From: the human T2T-CHM13v2.0 reference genome, Homo sapiens | Direction: 5' to 3' (one strand) | Length of the DNA stretch: 64,000 bases | Assembly (NCBI RefSeq): GCF_009914755.1 | Contig: NC_060928.1 | Position numbers and translations under genes: made by a program | Part shown: in pieces, positions 40,283-54,095 of the stretch | How the letters are laid out: every line of letters begins with the position of its first letter | Numbering within the stretch: the first letter of the stretch is position 1 | Notes under the pieces: model-generated | Database searches by the model: none | Told to the model about the DNA's origin: nothing | What the model saw: the letters and a program-made list of their open reading frames with translations, nothing else

Positions 40283-43094
40283 CATCAATCAGTCAACTAG
40301 ATTCATTCACTAAAATCTCTCTCTCTCTCTTTTTAATCAGAGTTTTTGTTTTTGCACTAAACTTTTACAGAAAGAGAGCTGAGATGCATGCATAAGTTGA
40401 AATCAGGAACTTACTCAAAAAGGCAATTCTCAGACTGTGCCTGGGACTTAGCACAAATTGCATCAACTGCTCACACTCAATTCTATTTGAATCAGTCCTG
40501 ACACATCACAATAGTTTCAATCATCAGAGGAAGATTCAATAACATTAACCATGTTGTAGCTACTAAGGCAGAAAAATAGACTCACACATTTTCTAAAGAT
40601 TGTCAGTAACAAGGTTGAGACATAAAGAGGGCTTTCAGTTCACCCTCAGCAAACCAGAAAATTAAATTAACCAGTGGCTCTCCGTTCCCCAGTGGTCTGG
40701 GTAATTGAGGCTTATTGTATTAGAAAACATTTAAACTATTTGTAGTTTGATAGAAAAGAAAAATCCATCACTGAAAACTTCAGTTTGCAGTTTGAAATAG
40801 TACAAGATTTCTTTATTTCTACCACCTAACACATATTATTAAGTAATCTCATTACATTTTTGCTATTGAAGAACAGGATCTTTTTAGATGGTTGTTTCTG
40901 AAATTCATGGGATAGAGTTCCATTTTGCATATCATCTCAGCCTGTCATCCTGCCTGTTTTCTTCCTTCCACCTATTGTTTAGACATTTCTTTGTCCATTG
41001 ACACCTTTCTCAGGGGGTAACCGGTGGGAAGGAGAAGGCAAGGAAGAACAGAGGTGAAAAACCAATGTGTACCTCTTACTACTTTATAAGAAGATATTAT
41101 GGAAAATTTAGATGAAATTATATTTTTTGGTAGTTTTCCTTCATAGACAAATTCTGTATTTATTTAATAAATAGCACAATTCCAAGCTTTTTATGGGAAA
41201 ATATAGTAGCCACTCACAATCAACTCATAATCTATGTGGAAACTTGAGGTAGGTATGAAGAAACAATTAGAAGATAATAATTGAAACAACAGACAATTAA
41301 ATACTAGATTGTTGAATATAGAGCTAGTACTATCGGAATTGAGAAGAAAAGAAGTTTGGGGTTAGAGAAATGGGTCTTGAGCCTGCCTTTCAGGTCAACA
41401 AGCATGTGTTGAGTGTCTCCTGTGGGCCAGGTGCTCTGCTGGAGCATTTACCTTTAAGACCCCAGATCAATAGGGTCTTAAAAGTAAATGCTCTAGAGAC
41501 AGATATGGGAAGAAGCAAGAGGGAAAGAAGTAATAAGGCATTTGTTTGATTAGAGGGTCTACCTTGGGGAATATTGAGAAATAAAATCCAAGTAGCAAGA
41601 TGAGTTCAGTTGAAAGAGAGCTTTGAGATCAGCAAATTCACTCATTCAATTAAAAATATTATCAAATGCATATTATGTGCTAGGCTCAGGGTTACAATTA
41701 TAAGCAAAGGGGGTAGGGTGGGGGAAGACATTTTCTGCCCTTATGGAATTACAACTATGTTAAATGTAAAGGAAAGTGACATTGTGCTAAAAGATCCTAC
41801 AATAGTAGGACTTGACTTAGAGGAAAGGCTTCTATGAGAAAGTCATGATTCAGATCTGGAAAATAAGTAGATATTAATAAGGCAAAATGTATGGAGGTAA
41901 GGGAGCCAGTAGAACATTCTAATAAAAGAAATGACAAATGGAAAGGCCTCATGGTGGAGGAAGCATAATGAAAAATGAGGATGTGGGGGCCAGATCATGC
42001 AGGACCTTTTTGGCAATGTTTAAGGAATTTTGGCTTTAGCTTAAGAGTAAGGGGAAGTCATTGAAGAGTTCTGGGCATGAGCTCTTGAAGAGTTAGTATC
42101 AGGATCATGAAAAGATCCCTGTAAGATCTTCTTATTCTGGAGAATAAGAAGGGCTCAAAAGATATTTAGGAGTTGAAACTTAAGGGACTTGGTATAATAT
42201 CTTGGTGTGAGGAAAGGAAGATAGCAAGGATGACACTCAAGTTCCTAACTTGGAAAACAGACAGTGGCGCCATTCCTTGCAAGAGGATCAGGTTTTAGGT
42301 TGTTTGTTTGTTTGTTTGTTTCCTTTTCTTTTGGGGGAGTGGGGGGAGGTTTATGAGTTTGGTTTTACATGTATTGAGTTTGAGATGTCTTTGAGCCATG
42401 TAAGACATGTGGAGAGGTCAAGTAAGTCATTAGCGGTGTAAATATACTTTGAGTTACTTGGATGTATTTTCTTGACTAACTGGTAGAACGCCTAATTGTT
42501 TACAACTCTGATCAGAGATGTCTAGAAGGAGCTCTTTTAATACAAAGCTGGAGCATTGTTGACTTGTCAGCTCTGCTATTGCAGAGCAAGACAGGAAAAC
42601 CAATAGCATAAGAACTAAAATCTATATAAAAACGAAGAATATTGTCATATATTTTGTGAAACAGACAAATGAACAAGAAATAAAGAAAACAGAAAAATAT
42701 ATATAAAGGCCTATTGTGTCTTACTATGAAAGTAATGCTTAACTTCTTCACTAAATGAGCCTTCTCTGAGACTTCCTTTATATTACCACTTTCTCTAATA
42801 TTCACCCCAGTAACAGCCATTCCAAATGTGAAACTTAAGTGATAAGAAGAGCTCACTGGTTGGGTTACCTCAAATAAAATAAAAATAATGTGAGCATCTT
42901 ACACAATCCAGGTTGAAAGCCAAGTTTTACCTCCTGTGAAGTCTTTTGCGTTACAAACTTGGTATCTTTGCCCTTTAAGCCTCAACCTCACGTAGTATCT
43001 TTTCTGGACAACAGTCTATTTTTGGTTGGCCTTGGGAAAAGGAACTGATAAACATATTCTTTAAAAATGTGGTTCATTTCACTTTCCTAAGTTA

Positions 43095-43320
43095 GGCAGT
43101 GTAGCAGGGTATTAAGGAGCCAGGATATAGGGATTCAAATCCTGCTTTTGTCACTTATTTTCGATAAGATTTGAGGCAAGTTTCCTAACCTGTCTTTCTC
43201 ATTTTACTTATCTGTTAAATGGGGGATACGTATAGTACCTATTGCAGAGAGCTTTTAAAAGGGTTAAAGTAGTTAATACACATTAAGCCTTTTGAATAGC
43301 AAGTGTTCGATAAATATTAT
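43095..43320 (+). mobile_element. MIR
   Basis: aggcagtgtagcagggtattaaggagc...gattcaaatcctgct...ggcaagtttcctaacct...atctgttaaatgggg. Confidence 0.7.
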
Positions 43321-43637
43321 TAAAACTAAAATTTGAAGTTTTTATAGAAATCAATATTATGTAAGTGATGCAATCTTATTTTATTAAACCAAAATTGAAA
43401 TTTAACTGCAGTATATCAGGAAGAATCTAAATATTACTTACAGTGAAGAAGATGCTGGTCAGAACATAATTACACTCAGGTATGAATGAATGATGGAATT
43501 GCAGGTATGTTTTACTAAATGGTATAGCTCATGAGTCTCACACCCAGGTGAATTCCCTAGTGCTATAGGATTTGATTCATTTATGGTCTCCCATTATTTA
43601 TACTGTATTTGTTTTTCATTGATTTTATTCTTTGCAG

Positions 43638-43697
43638 TCGGATACTTCTGGAGACTATGAAATCACACTCTTAAAAATCTGTGGTGGAGATGACTGA
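43638..43697 (+). CDS. ANXA3: Annexin A3 exon 13 coding part (SDTSGDYEITLLKICGGDD*)
   Basis: tctttgcag|TCGGATACT...GATGACTGA. Confidence 0.97.
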   Translation, partial: SDTSGDYEITLLKICGGDD

Positions 43698-44030
43698 ACC
43701 AAGAAGATAATCTCCAAAGGTCCACGATGGGCTTTTCCAACAGCTCCACCTTACTTCTTCTCATACTATTTAAGAGAACAAGCAAATATAAACAGCAACT
43801 TGTGTTCCTAACAGGAATTTTCATTGTTCTATAACAACAACAACAAAAGCGATTATTATTTTAGAGCATCTCATTTATAATGTAGCAGCTCATAAATGAA
43901 ATTGAAAATGGTATTAAAGATCTGCAACTACTATCCAACTTATATTTCTGCTTTCAAAGTTAAGAATCTTTATAGTTCTAATCCATTAAATATAAAGCAA
44001 GATAATAAAAATTGTTGCTTTTGTTAAAAG
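43698..44030 (+). other. ANXA3: ANXA3 3'UTR (end approximate)
   Basis: AT-rich sequence between the stop codon and the poly(A) signal. Confidence 0.8.
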
Positions 44031-44050
44031 TAATTTCTTTGTTTGCTTTC
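44004..44050 (+). terminator. Poly(A) signal AATAAA with downstream U/GU-rich element
   Basis: AATAAA at 44004-44009, then taatttctttgtttgctttc at 44031-44050; variant ATTAAA at 43913 and 43985. Confidence 0.85.
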
Positions 44051-44551
44051 AGAGCTTGCCAACATTGTTTGATGCCTGGTGCCAACAACTAATATTTTAA
44101 AACATGTTTCTGTATAGAAGCTGTTACTGCTTCAGTTTATCACCTTGTTAATCACACTTTTTTGAAAGAAAGGAATAAGATGAAGATGTATGTGACCCTG
44201 GCCTACCCTTTGTAGTTGTGATCAAGCTATAGGAGTGGTAATGCATGATAAGTTATTTCAGCTTTCAGAAAACATCTGCTGAAGGATTAATCTAACCACT
44301 TCCTGTCTGAATGGCAAGCATGAATTATGGTTGCTTCATGCTAAATACTACTTTCCCAGAATGGGCATTTAGAATCAAGCCTCTAAGGTTTCCTTTTCTC
44401 TTGAGTTGGCAAAACTATGCATTTAAAGAATCCATCATGCCATCTTTGAGTGGGACCTAATATGAAATACCTTGACTGATATGAAATAGATAAAGTGAAA
44501 AAAATTCCAGTTAGAGTTATTTTCCTGGACCAGAATAGAAATGATCGTACT

Positions 44552-44761
44552 GGCCATGTGCAGTGGCTCACGCCTGTAATCTCAGCACTTTGGGAGGTTA
44601 GCAGGCGGATTGCTTGAGCCCAGGAGTTTGAGACCAGCCTGGGCAACCTAGTGAGACCCTGTCTCTGCCAAAAATACAAAAATTAGCCTGGCATGGTGGC
44701 ACATGCCTGTGGTCCAAGCTACTTGGGAGGCTGAGGTGGGAGGATTGCTTGAGTCAGGAAG
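44552..44761 (+). mobile_element. 3'-truncated Alu (AluJ-like)
   Basis: Alu sequence stops at gattgcttgagtcaggaag; no A tail. Confidence 0.85.
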
Positions 44762-45491
44762 CTCATTTGGCAAGTTAGTTCTGTAATCAATACTATAAAT
44801 GTCAGTCATAACTAAGATGATGGCAGGAGATAATGAAAACAACTACTTAAATATTTGGGAGATAAAATTGAGTAAACATGGTATTCAAAGTTACCAAGTG
44901 TCAGTCAAGTATGCCTTCACGATTTTAGTGTAAGTGATTTAGTGAGTAAGTATATCATGAAGCAATAAATCAATGTTAATACTCATAGAGTGCTTACTAT
45001 GTATTAGGTACTATGTTAAACAGTGTAGTATATTTTAATTTGTTAATCCTCAAGGCATCTTACAATGTAGATACCAACACAGATATAGAAATGGAAATGG
45101 AAGCTTAGAGAAATTAAGTAACTTGTCACTGTAAGAGCCAGGTAGTCCAACTCCAGTGTCCAGGCTCTTAACCACTGTTTTGCCTTAGAATTTATCCCAT
45201 CCCAGGGCCACTGTAGTTTTCAATGCCTAGTGCTTAGATTAGAACAGTGCTCAGCACATAAAAGGCATTTAATACAGTGAATCTTTATTTTAGATCTCAT
45301 TCATCCTCAGAGTTGTTATACCACTTATGTATTAAGTACTTTCTGAAACAAAGCATGGTTACATGTGTCAATATTTCCCCTGTTTTGCAAGTGAGGAAAA
45401 TGAGACTCAGGTTAGGTATCCAGCCCAGGGTTACACAGTGGGAAAGCCAAGGCTTAAGATCCGGGTCATCTGGACTTTAAAACTTATCTGT

Positions 45492-45795
45492 GGCTGGGCA
45501 AAGTGGCTCACACCTCTAATCCCAGCATGTTGGGAGGCTGAGACAGAAGGATCACTGGAGCCCAGGGGTTTGAGACCAGTCCAGGAAACATCAGGAGACT
45601 CTGTCTCTACGAAAAATTTAAAAATTAGCTGGGTGTGGTAGTGTGCACCTGTAGTCTCAGCTACTCAAGAGACTGAAGTGGGATGATCAGTTGAGCCCAG
45701 GAGTTTGAGGCTGCAGTAAGCTATGATCACACCACCGTACTGCAGCCTGGGTGACAGAGCAAGACCCCGTCTCAAAAACAAAACAAAACAAAAAA
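45492..45795 (+). mobile_element. Alu (AluJ-like)
   Basis: Full Alu; TSD-like aaaacttatctgt / aaaccttacctgt. Confidence 0.9.
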
Positions 45796-46814
45796 ACCTT
45801 ACCTGTGCATGAGTGAGTTTGAAGAAGGTGAGAACTTGAACACAGTAGTGATCACACAAGAGAATTCTGCAGAAAAAAAAAAAGCCCCAATGAGGTAACC
45901 CTCTAACCCTTCTACTCACATCTGTTTTGCCTTGTATGCATTGGACTTCAGGCAATTACCTTTCTAAGCCACATATTCCTCGTCTTTAAAATGGGACAAC
46001 AATAGTACCTACCTCATAAGATTGTTTTGAAAAATAAATGAAAAAAAACACTTAAAAGGTATTCCACATAGTGCATAGCACATGGTAAGCCCTTAATAAA
46101 TGTTAGCCTGTATCATATAATTATTATAGAGTAGTATTCAATGGCCACATTTTTTATTGCCTCCAATTTCCACAAGGTGGCATGTCAAGTTCAAAGTGAA
46201 CCCCACGGCCTTGCATCCCAATGGCAAAACCTACTTAACTTGCTTCAGAATAACATGGCCAAATCTAAACTGTTGGAAACTTCTTCTATAGAAGGTTTGT
46301 CATGGTTCAGAAATCTTATTGTCACTGTAAACTCCTTCTTAAGGAAACATGTGGAACATTTAATTTAATCATCTGGCTTCTCTGGATTCCCAGGACCATC
46401 TTCATTTACATGAATGTGCATTAGCTCTGACATGGATCACCTGCAGAATTGAGTGCATTCATGTCATCTCATTAAGCCCTAAGTTTAGTCCCTGAAGATT
46501 GAAAGAAGAGAAAAATAGCCAGCTGCAGAGAGTCCTGGGCTCTGTGGTTGGTGAGCTGCAGAAGCAGAAGGTTTGTACACTTCACGCTACAGTAACAGAA
46601 TGTTTGGTCTATAAATCAGGAGCTGCAAAAATGGCAAATGAGGATGTTGAATAGGAGATTCTCTAGCCTATTTGTAAGAATGTATTGAGGAAATTTTTAA
46701 AATAGTGTACAGTAGTTCAGACATTTCTTCCATGTACCTTCCCCTATTTCCATTTCCCCAATTTCATGCCATATGGATAACCCACAGTTTTACTTTGTCT
46801 TTAAAACATTAATT

Positions 46815-47470
46815 TTGGGGTCATATCAAACTGGGTTCAAATCCTGGCTTCACCACTTATGGCAGCAGCGTAGATAACAGTGCTTGACAAATACTTAACC
46901 TCCATACAACTCAATTCTTTAGCTGACAATAACAGCACCTACCTTAAATATGTGCAAGGATGAAATGAAATAAAGCATGTGAAAAATTTAACTCAATAAA
47001 AATTAGTTACCAATAACTGCATTGGCATGGTGAGTTGCCAGTGAAGAGCAGATAGTAAGTGTTCAACAAGCATTTGTAGAATAAATAAGCGATACTTGTT
47101 TTAGTACTACTCAGCGACAGTAACTCTGAGGCCTTGGAAGCTTCAGAGAACTGTCAGCTGAAATCAGTGTTATTAATATGTTGTCAGTGTGTCCTCCAAC
47201 GATAAGAGCCAACTGTGTTCACCTCAGTGATGAGGTTACAGGATCTGAAGAAAGTTTCCTAGTCTTATTTCCTGTCCATCAGTTGACAGTAGTATGACAT
47301 GTGAGGGAGTGAGTCGCTTACTCTTTCTGTACCTTAGTTTCCTCACCTGTAAAGCCAGGATGGCCATGCAAGTATCATTGAGAGTAGGCGTGAGGTTTCA
47401 ATAAGCCAGATTAGGTGATGCACTTACCACAGTGCCTGCACCCGTTAAGTGCTCAATAAACATTAGCCAT
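46815..47470 (+). mobile_element. Two MIR fragments (about 46815-47000 and 47280-47470)
   Basis: ctgggttcaaatcctggcttcaccactta; cttagtttcctcacctgtaaa...acagtgcctgcac...gtgctcaataaacattagc. Confidence 0.65.
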
Positions 47471-48135
47471 TATTCTCTGGCTCAGTTTGGAAGACTTACA
47501 ATTGCTTATACAGTGCTCTAATCACTTGGGGGATTTTGAGATGTTGTAAAGCTACCTCTTCTAGTTTGCAATTAGGAAAGAAGATAAAGCAAACTTCTTG
47601 GCAATTTCCTGCCTGTGAAACCTTGTGTTTTATGAGCCACGGAAAGTACCCCAAATTTTTTTTCAACCCCACCCCCAGCAAACTGACAAACTCAGATCTT
47701 TCCCACCCACTCTGTATGTCTCCCGTGGGACTGTGAGAGTCAAGCAAGTACAGGTTGCTGTGTGCTGAAGCCTTTTTACTGGTGCTATATTTCTTTCAGT
47801 TTCATCAAACTCAGCTTTGTGCCAGTTTTACCCACCAGGGCCAGCCCTCCTCTGAAACCAAAGTTTGCCTATTTCTGTAGAGTTTACAAAGTCAACAGTG
47901 AGAGAGAGGAGAATTTCAAATGAGGAGGAGGGTTACAGAGTAGGAGGTAACATTGAATGGCTGCTGCAGTAAACTGTTAAAAGAAATCCCAAACCCAGAA
48001 TACCAGAGCAGCCCATTCAGCTGAAAGGTTTTATGACACAACCATGCATAAGAAAAAACTAGCTATCAAAATGTACATGTGACCTCTTTGGGCATAAACT
48101 TTGTGGAACTGGATGTGGCAATAAATAGTGGTCCA

Positions 48136-48429
48136 GGCCAGGCGTGGTGGCTCACCCCTGTAATCCCAACACTCTGGAAAACCGAGGAAGGCAGATCACC
48201 TGAGGTCAGGAGTTTGAGACCAGCCTGGCCAACATGGTGAATCCCTGTCTCTACTAAAAGTACAAAAAAATTAGCTGGGCGTGGTGGCAGATGCCTGTAA
48301 TCCCAGCTACTCAGGAGGCTGAGGCAGGAGAATTCGCTTGAACATGGGAGAAAGAGGTTGCAGTGAGCCGAGATGGTGCCATTGCATTCCAGCCTGGGTG
48401 ACAAGAGTGAAACTCTATCTCAAAAAAAA
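48136..48429 (+). mobile_element. Alu (AluSq/Sx-like)
   Basis: TSD aaatagtggtcca at 48123-48135 and 48430-48442. Confidence 0.93.
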
Positions 48430-49681
48430 AAATAGTGGTCCAAGGTGACCTGGCAGAGCATCAGACTTGCTGTGAAGCGACAGATGTGATTTGCCAATTG
48501 CTACAATATCAACCACCAGATAAAAGGAAGTTTTGAAAAAGAACATTGGGATAAAATCAGCTCCTACGAAAAAGAGCATGCCACAGTGGGGTAGAAAGTA
48601 GAGAAGAACAAAGGTCACAAGGGTAGGGAGTTGGTGAGAATTAGCCCAAATTCACCCCTCCTTTTAGAGAACTGCAGCAATCCACAGCGTAACTGGCTTG
48701 CATTGGTGCCCCTGGCCACAGACCTCAGAAGAGTTTAGAGATTTCCAAAGTTGCATTTAAATTTTTTGTTTTGTTTTGTGTCAGAGAGCCAAGTCCACAA
48801 AGAAAGTTCCAGATCATGTCTGCAAATTCTATTTAAACCGGTGTTAAATAGAATTTGACATCTGATATCTTCATGAAAAATATTTTTCTTGGTTTTTATC
48901 AGTCAAACCAAACTCCTTCCAACCTTTATTCTTCCAACATTTATTACATGGTAACTGTAGTCCAGAAACTATGCCAGGTGTTGGAGTTATAAAAGTGAAG
49001 AAAGCTACACATTTCCTGACTTCAAGGAGTTGACGATCTGGGGAATAAGCAAAGGAGAGGAAAGACAGATACTCGGCTAATTGGCAAGGACAGCATAGTG
49101 GTGATAGCGGTGGGTGGGTTTGGGGATTAAGCAAATGTGGCTTCCACACAAAATTCTCACACTCTTTGCAACTTGCAGAGTTAAAGGATAAGATATTTGA
49201 AGCAACTGCCAATTACTAGGTGTTCAGTTAAAGACTGTTAAAGTTGTATTGCACAGTGGTTAAAAGTCTGGAGTCAGCCTAGCTGGACAAATTCTAGCTC
49301 TAACAGCTCTAAAGTCTCTAGCTGTGTGATCGTGGGAAAATTACTTAAGCCCTTTATGTCTCAGATTCCTTCATCTGTGAAATTTGAGTGATAGTAGTAA
49401 TTAGACCAACCACCTAGGATTACAAAGATTAAATGGATCGATGCATGTAAGTACTTAGAATGACCCAGTACATTGTAAGCATATGTAAATGCTAGCTACT
49501 TAAAATTAACTATAGTAAAATATGATATGTACTGTAACAATGCTAGTAAAAATGCTGCGGACTACTAAGTATCAGAAATACTGATAGATATAGAAATAGA
49601 TACAGATACACACAAAAGATGTTTATGATATTTTGCTAAATGGAAGAAAAGTTGCTTGACGAAACAGAAAAAGAAAACCAG

Positions 49682-50208
49682 TGTGAGACAACATAGCAAA
49701 TGTAAGGAGGCATGTCTGCTCATTTCTGCATGCCAGCATAATTTCACGAAGCCTAACTCTGTGACGACGTGCAGCTCTCCGGAAATACGCTTTGAAGGCA
49801 AAGCAGGATAGAGCACATGGCCCCATCATGTCTCTTGCCTGAGTCACTAAGTTCCTTAAAAGATAAATGACTCTATTCCCTGCCTTTTCTTACACGTAAG
49901 GTAATATCTGATGGGGTTAGTGATGATGCCTCTGTAATCTATAACCAGCTGTACTCTTACACCCAAACTTCGATGTGATTCTGCTTTAATGTAACTTCTG
50001 CACACATTTGATGTGATTTTACAAGTACTAAACCTTCACAACTCATATATAAACTGTGAGCTAAAACACCATTTCAGAGCAGTCTGACAGAACCTCTTTG
50101 AAGGACTGTTCCCAGGCTCTAGGCCTCAGTCTATAGTCCTCAGTAAGACTTCTAAATACAACCACCTTTCATTCTTTACAAGCTTGATTTTTTTTTCTTT
50201 AGTTGACA
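49682..50208 (+). mobile_element. ERV1 (MER4-group) solo LTR, subfamily uncertain
   Basis: TG...CA termini; 4-bp TSD CCAG at 49678-49681 and 50209-50212; internal TATAAA near 50048. Confidence 0.75.
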
Positions 50209-50608
50209 CCAGAAGGGCTGGGAAAATGTACATGACCATGGTAACTGTTTATCTCTGGGTAGTAGCATTACAGCTGATGCATTTTTCTTTTTTTGTCAAA
50301 GTTGTGTTTTCTAAGTAAATTTAAATTTATTGACTTAATAATTTAAGAATATCTTTACATGACATATAAGAAAATTTGGTTATTAAAAGGCACCTAGAAC
50401 TCAAATGAAGGATTAATTAAGTATGCAGGGCAGGATTCACCAGGAATGTCACCTCTGAGCTAGGTATTAAAGGAATTGATTGGTAGGGCTTTGAAGATAT
50501 AAAGATTAGTAGAGATAAGAACAAGATCCCCGTATTTGATAATATTGGAAAATAATGTATCAAATAGTACATGAGTTAAGTGAGCTGTTAATCCTTTTCT
50601 GTTTCTTT

Positions 50609-50717
50609 CTTTTTTTAAAAAATAGCAACAAGGTCTCACTGTGTTGCCCAGGCTGGTCTCGAACTCCTCGGCCTCCCCAAGTGCTAAGATTACAAGTGTG
50701 AGCCACCACACCCAGCC
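50609..50717 (-). mobile_element. Alu monomer fragment
   Basis: ggtctcactgtgttgcccaggctggtctcgaactcct...gagccaccacacccagcc. Confidence 0.8.
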
Positions 50718-53700
50718 GAGTGGGCTACTAATCCTCAGTGAAGAGGCCATCACTGGGCACTGAATATCAGAGTCCATCCTTATTTTTTGTGTGTGTTCCT
50801 CTTGTTTCTGAAGTATCTAATGGAAAGTCTGGCTTCTCTGTTTCTCTCTTTCTCTGATTTCAGAAATCTTATTACGGTATCCTATCTATTGAAGATAACT
50901 AGAGATCAGTTTAAGTCTTCTCCATGCTGGAGCTTACAGAATAGATGCTAATTCTATTGCCTGCTTTCCCAGATACTGACAGGTAATAAGAGGGCCAAGT
51001 AGACCACCCTGCCATGGATTGGAGCCATGTAAGACCCATCCTGTGTACACTCAGAGCTGACTCTTTCCTAGGAAGTGAGTGGTATGGATAGACATGCGTC
51101 TTTTCCAATTCTTCCTGTGCCTCACCTCAGTCTTCAGGACTCCAAGGAGGTAGGACCAAAAAGCACAGGGCCCCTGAGTGTTATTTCAGATCCTCTGTGT
51201 AACCAGCCCACACCTGAGCCTTCTGTCAATGGAAAACTCCATTAGGCAGCAATGACTGGAGAATGTCTCCAATTTATTCAAACATGTTTCTAGAGAGAAG
51301 ACGGTGGTGGGGAGAAAAGCACTTCCTTCCTCTCTCTACCTCCTGTCTCTTCCTAACCTCCTCTGCTTTAATTTCTGGCTAACCTCAGCACTGTTGACAT
51401 GAAAAAGAAGCCTTTGCACTGTTAAGTCTACTTTGAATTATTTCAATATGGGGACCTTCCCTGGCCACCAGGCAACAAACTGTCCATTCTTGATTTTCTC
51501 CTCTCTCTCTCTTCTGGGTATTGAATATGTAGTTTGGCTGGACCAGGTGCTGCCAAAAACTTCTTGGGAGGCCCACGGCTTCCCAGAATCTAGAATCCAC
51601 CCAGAGAAAGTCCCTGTGAGGAAACTTCACAGATCTTTCTCTGGTTACGTCTCTGGGAACACTGCACTTGCCCGGCTTTTCCTGCACTGCTTTTCTTGGC
51701 TTCCTCAGTGTGATGGTCCTGTCTTCTTTCTTCAGGAAAAACAGGCCCCCTGGCCTTCCCTTTCCTAGATGTGAAGGAAAGATGCCAGAGCCATACAATG
51801 TTGGTTTCAGTACCACCAACTTGCCGTGTAACTTTCGGCAAATTACTTAGCCTCGCTGATCCATCATTTCCTTTTGTTTCTAAGATAGGAGTAATAATTT
51901 ATCAATTCATAGTGCCAGGAAGACCCAGGTGCCAGGAAGGATGGAATGCTTAGATCTGTCATGGAAGATACAAGGAATTAGATGAGGAAACACAAGTAAA
52001 GGAATTAGCACAATATCTGAAATATGTAGTCATTGGCTATTATTTACATCTTTCCCCAATTTCCCAGTCTCTTTTGCTGTTATCAAGTATATGCATAAGG
52101 TCTTTTTTATTTTGAAAGACTTAGTCATTATGGGAAAATTGACAAAGGACTGCAAATTCTGTATAATCATGTGGAACTTTCACAACTTAACCAACTGCAC
52201 CACATTCTTGACCTCTCTGTGCAGGCAGAGAGAATTCAGCTCCCTTTGGACTGTGGCTTTATAACCTCACATGCTCTTCTCAGCCAACCGACCTGAAGAG
52301 CCAGTAGGCATTGACTTGCATTCTTTCAGAGGTCCTCTTGTTTCAATAATAATAAGCACCATTTCTTAACACTCACTATGAGCAATTCATATATTTTGTC
52401 TCATTTTGACTTTATAACAACACCATGAGGCAGGTAACCTTATCTCAATTTACTAGTCTGGAAAGAGGCTCAGAAACGTTAAGACCACTCTAGATATAGT
52501 TCTGGAGCCACAAAACAAACTGAGATTTCTATACAGTAGATCCAAAATCTATACGCTTGACTCTCTCACGCTGGGACCATGATACAGCAGTAGCAACAGT
52601 TACAAAGCTCTTTACTTTAGAGGCCCGTTTCTTGGGCTCTGGGGTTGGGAGGTAGGTCTGAACACTTGGGTGTCTCATAAATTCTCTGACTTCACACACT
52701 GAGCAACTTCACCACACATCACTGGCATCTAACGGTCAGTAATACTGAAGTCTAAATAAGTCTCTCAGAAGCTTACATATCAATAATATAAAGTCATCTA
52801 GTACAGGACAGAAGCCACCTTGATAGAGCCAAGTCAGTATCTTTCAATCTGACAAGACTGGTCAGGAGGCTCTCAGACCAGAAGGTAATATCTTCACTTG
52901 CTGAGCACTGTACTATCCGAAGTTCAAAACTATAGACTGTGCCACAGCGGGGCACATGTGCAAGGGCAGAGTTGGAGCCCTGAATAAACAGTTCACCATT
53001 ACTTACAGAATTTCCCTGGTTCCATGTTTCCCCCTTTCTTTTTTGGGGGGAAGGATGTGAATTTTTCTTCTTTTTCTCCAGCAGTAGCAGTACTGAAACC
53101 ATTCAGCAACGAGGATTTGGCAGCTTCTAAGGGTCATGTCGTTGGTGGGTGCAGTTTGAGTTGAAGTGATTGCAGACGTGCAGACAAACACACAGAAATA
53201 GAGGTTCAGTAGGGCCTGGGCCTAAGCCCTGGGGAAAGCTACAGTTACTTCAGTGGAAGGGGAGTAGGAGCCAACAGAGCAAATGGAAGGAAGAGCAGGA
53301 AGATGATGCCGCACTCCGGAGGAGAAGCAGCAGAGTTGCTCTCTGTACCTGCAAGCCAATGGAGAAGTTTATCATAAGACAGTAATGAACTAATAACACA
53401 CCGCTGACGGGTGACACACAGCAATAGTGGCAACTGTTGAAGAACTACTGTGTGCTCAGCGTCACGCTACATGCTTTAGAGAAGCCCTTAGGGCACAGTG
53501 GAGTTAGAAGTACGTTATTTATTAGGAATGACTGTACATAGGATAAAAAAAAAAAGAAATAGGTCATTTATCCTAACTCTTACAGCAACTAGCTTTGAGA
53601 AAGTGAGCAGCTTATTCAATCTCTCTGAGTATTAGTTTCATCTGAGAAATTGGAGTAATAATATCCATATTACTCATTTAGCCTATCAATGTGAACTGAA

Positions 53701-53765
53701 AGCCTACTGTGTGCTAAACACTACTCTAAAAGCTGCATATACATGTAAAAATTTACTACCTGTTG

Positions 53766-54095
<330 letters not shown>

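Noticed and set aside
51385-51850. Cluster of overlapping ORFs (144, 111, 83 and 60 aa)
   Set aside because: No recognisable homology, mostly non-ATG starts, partly overlapping a MIR; consistent with chance.
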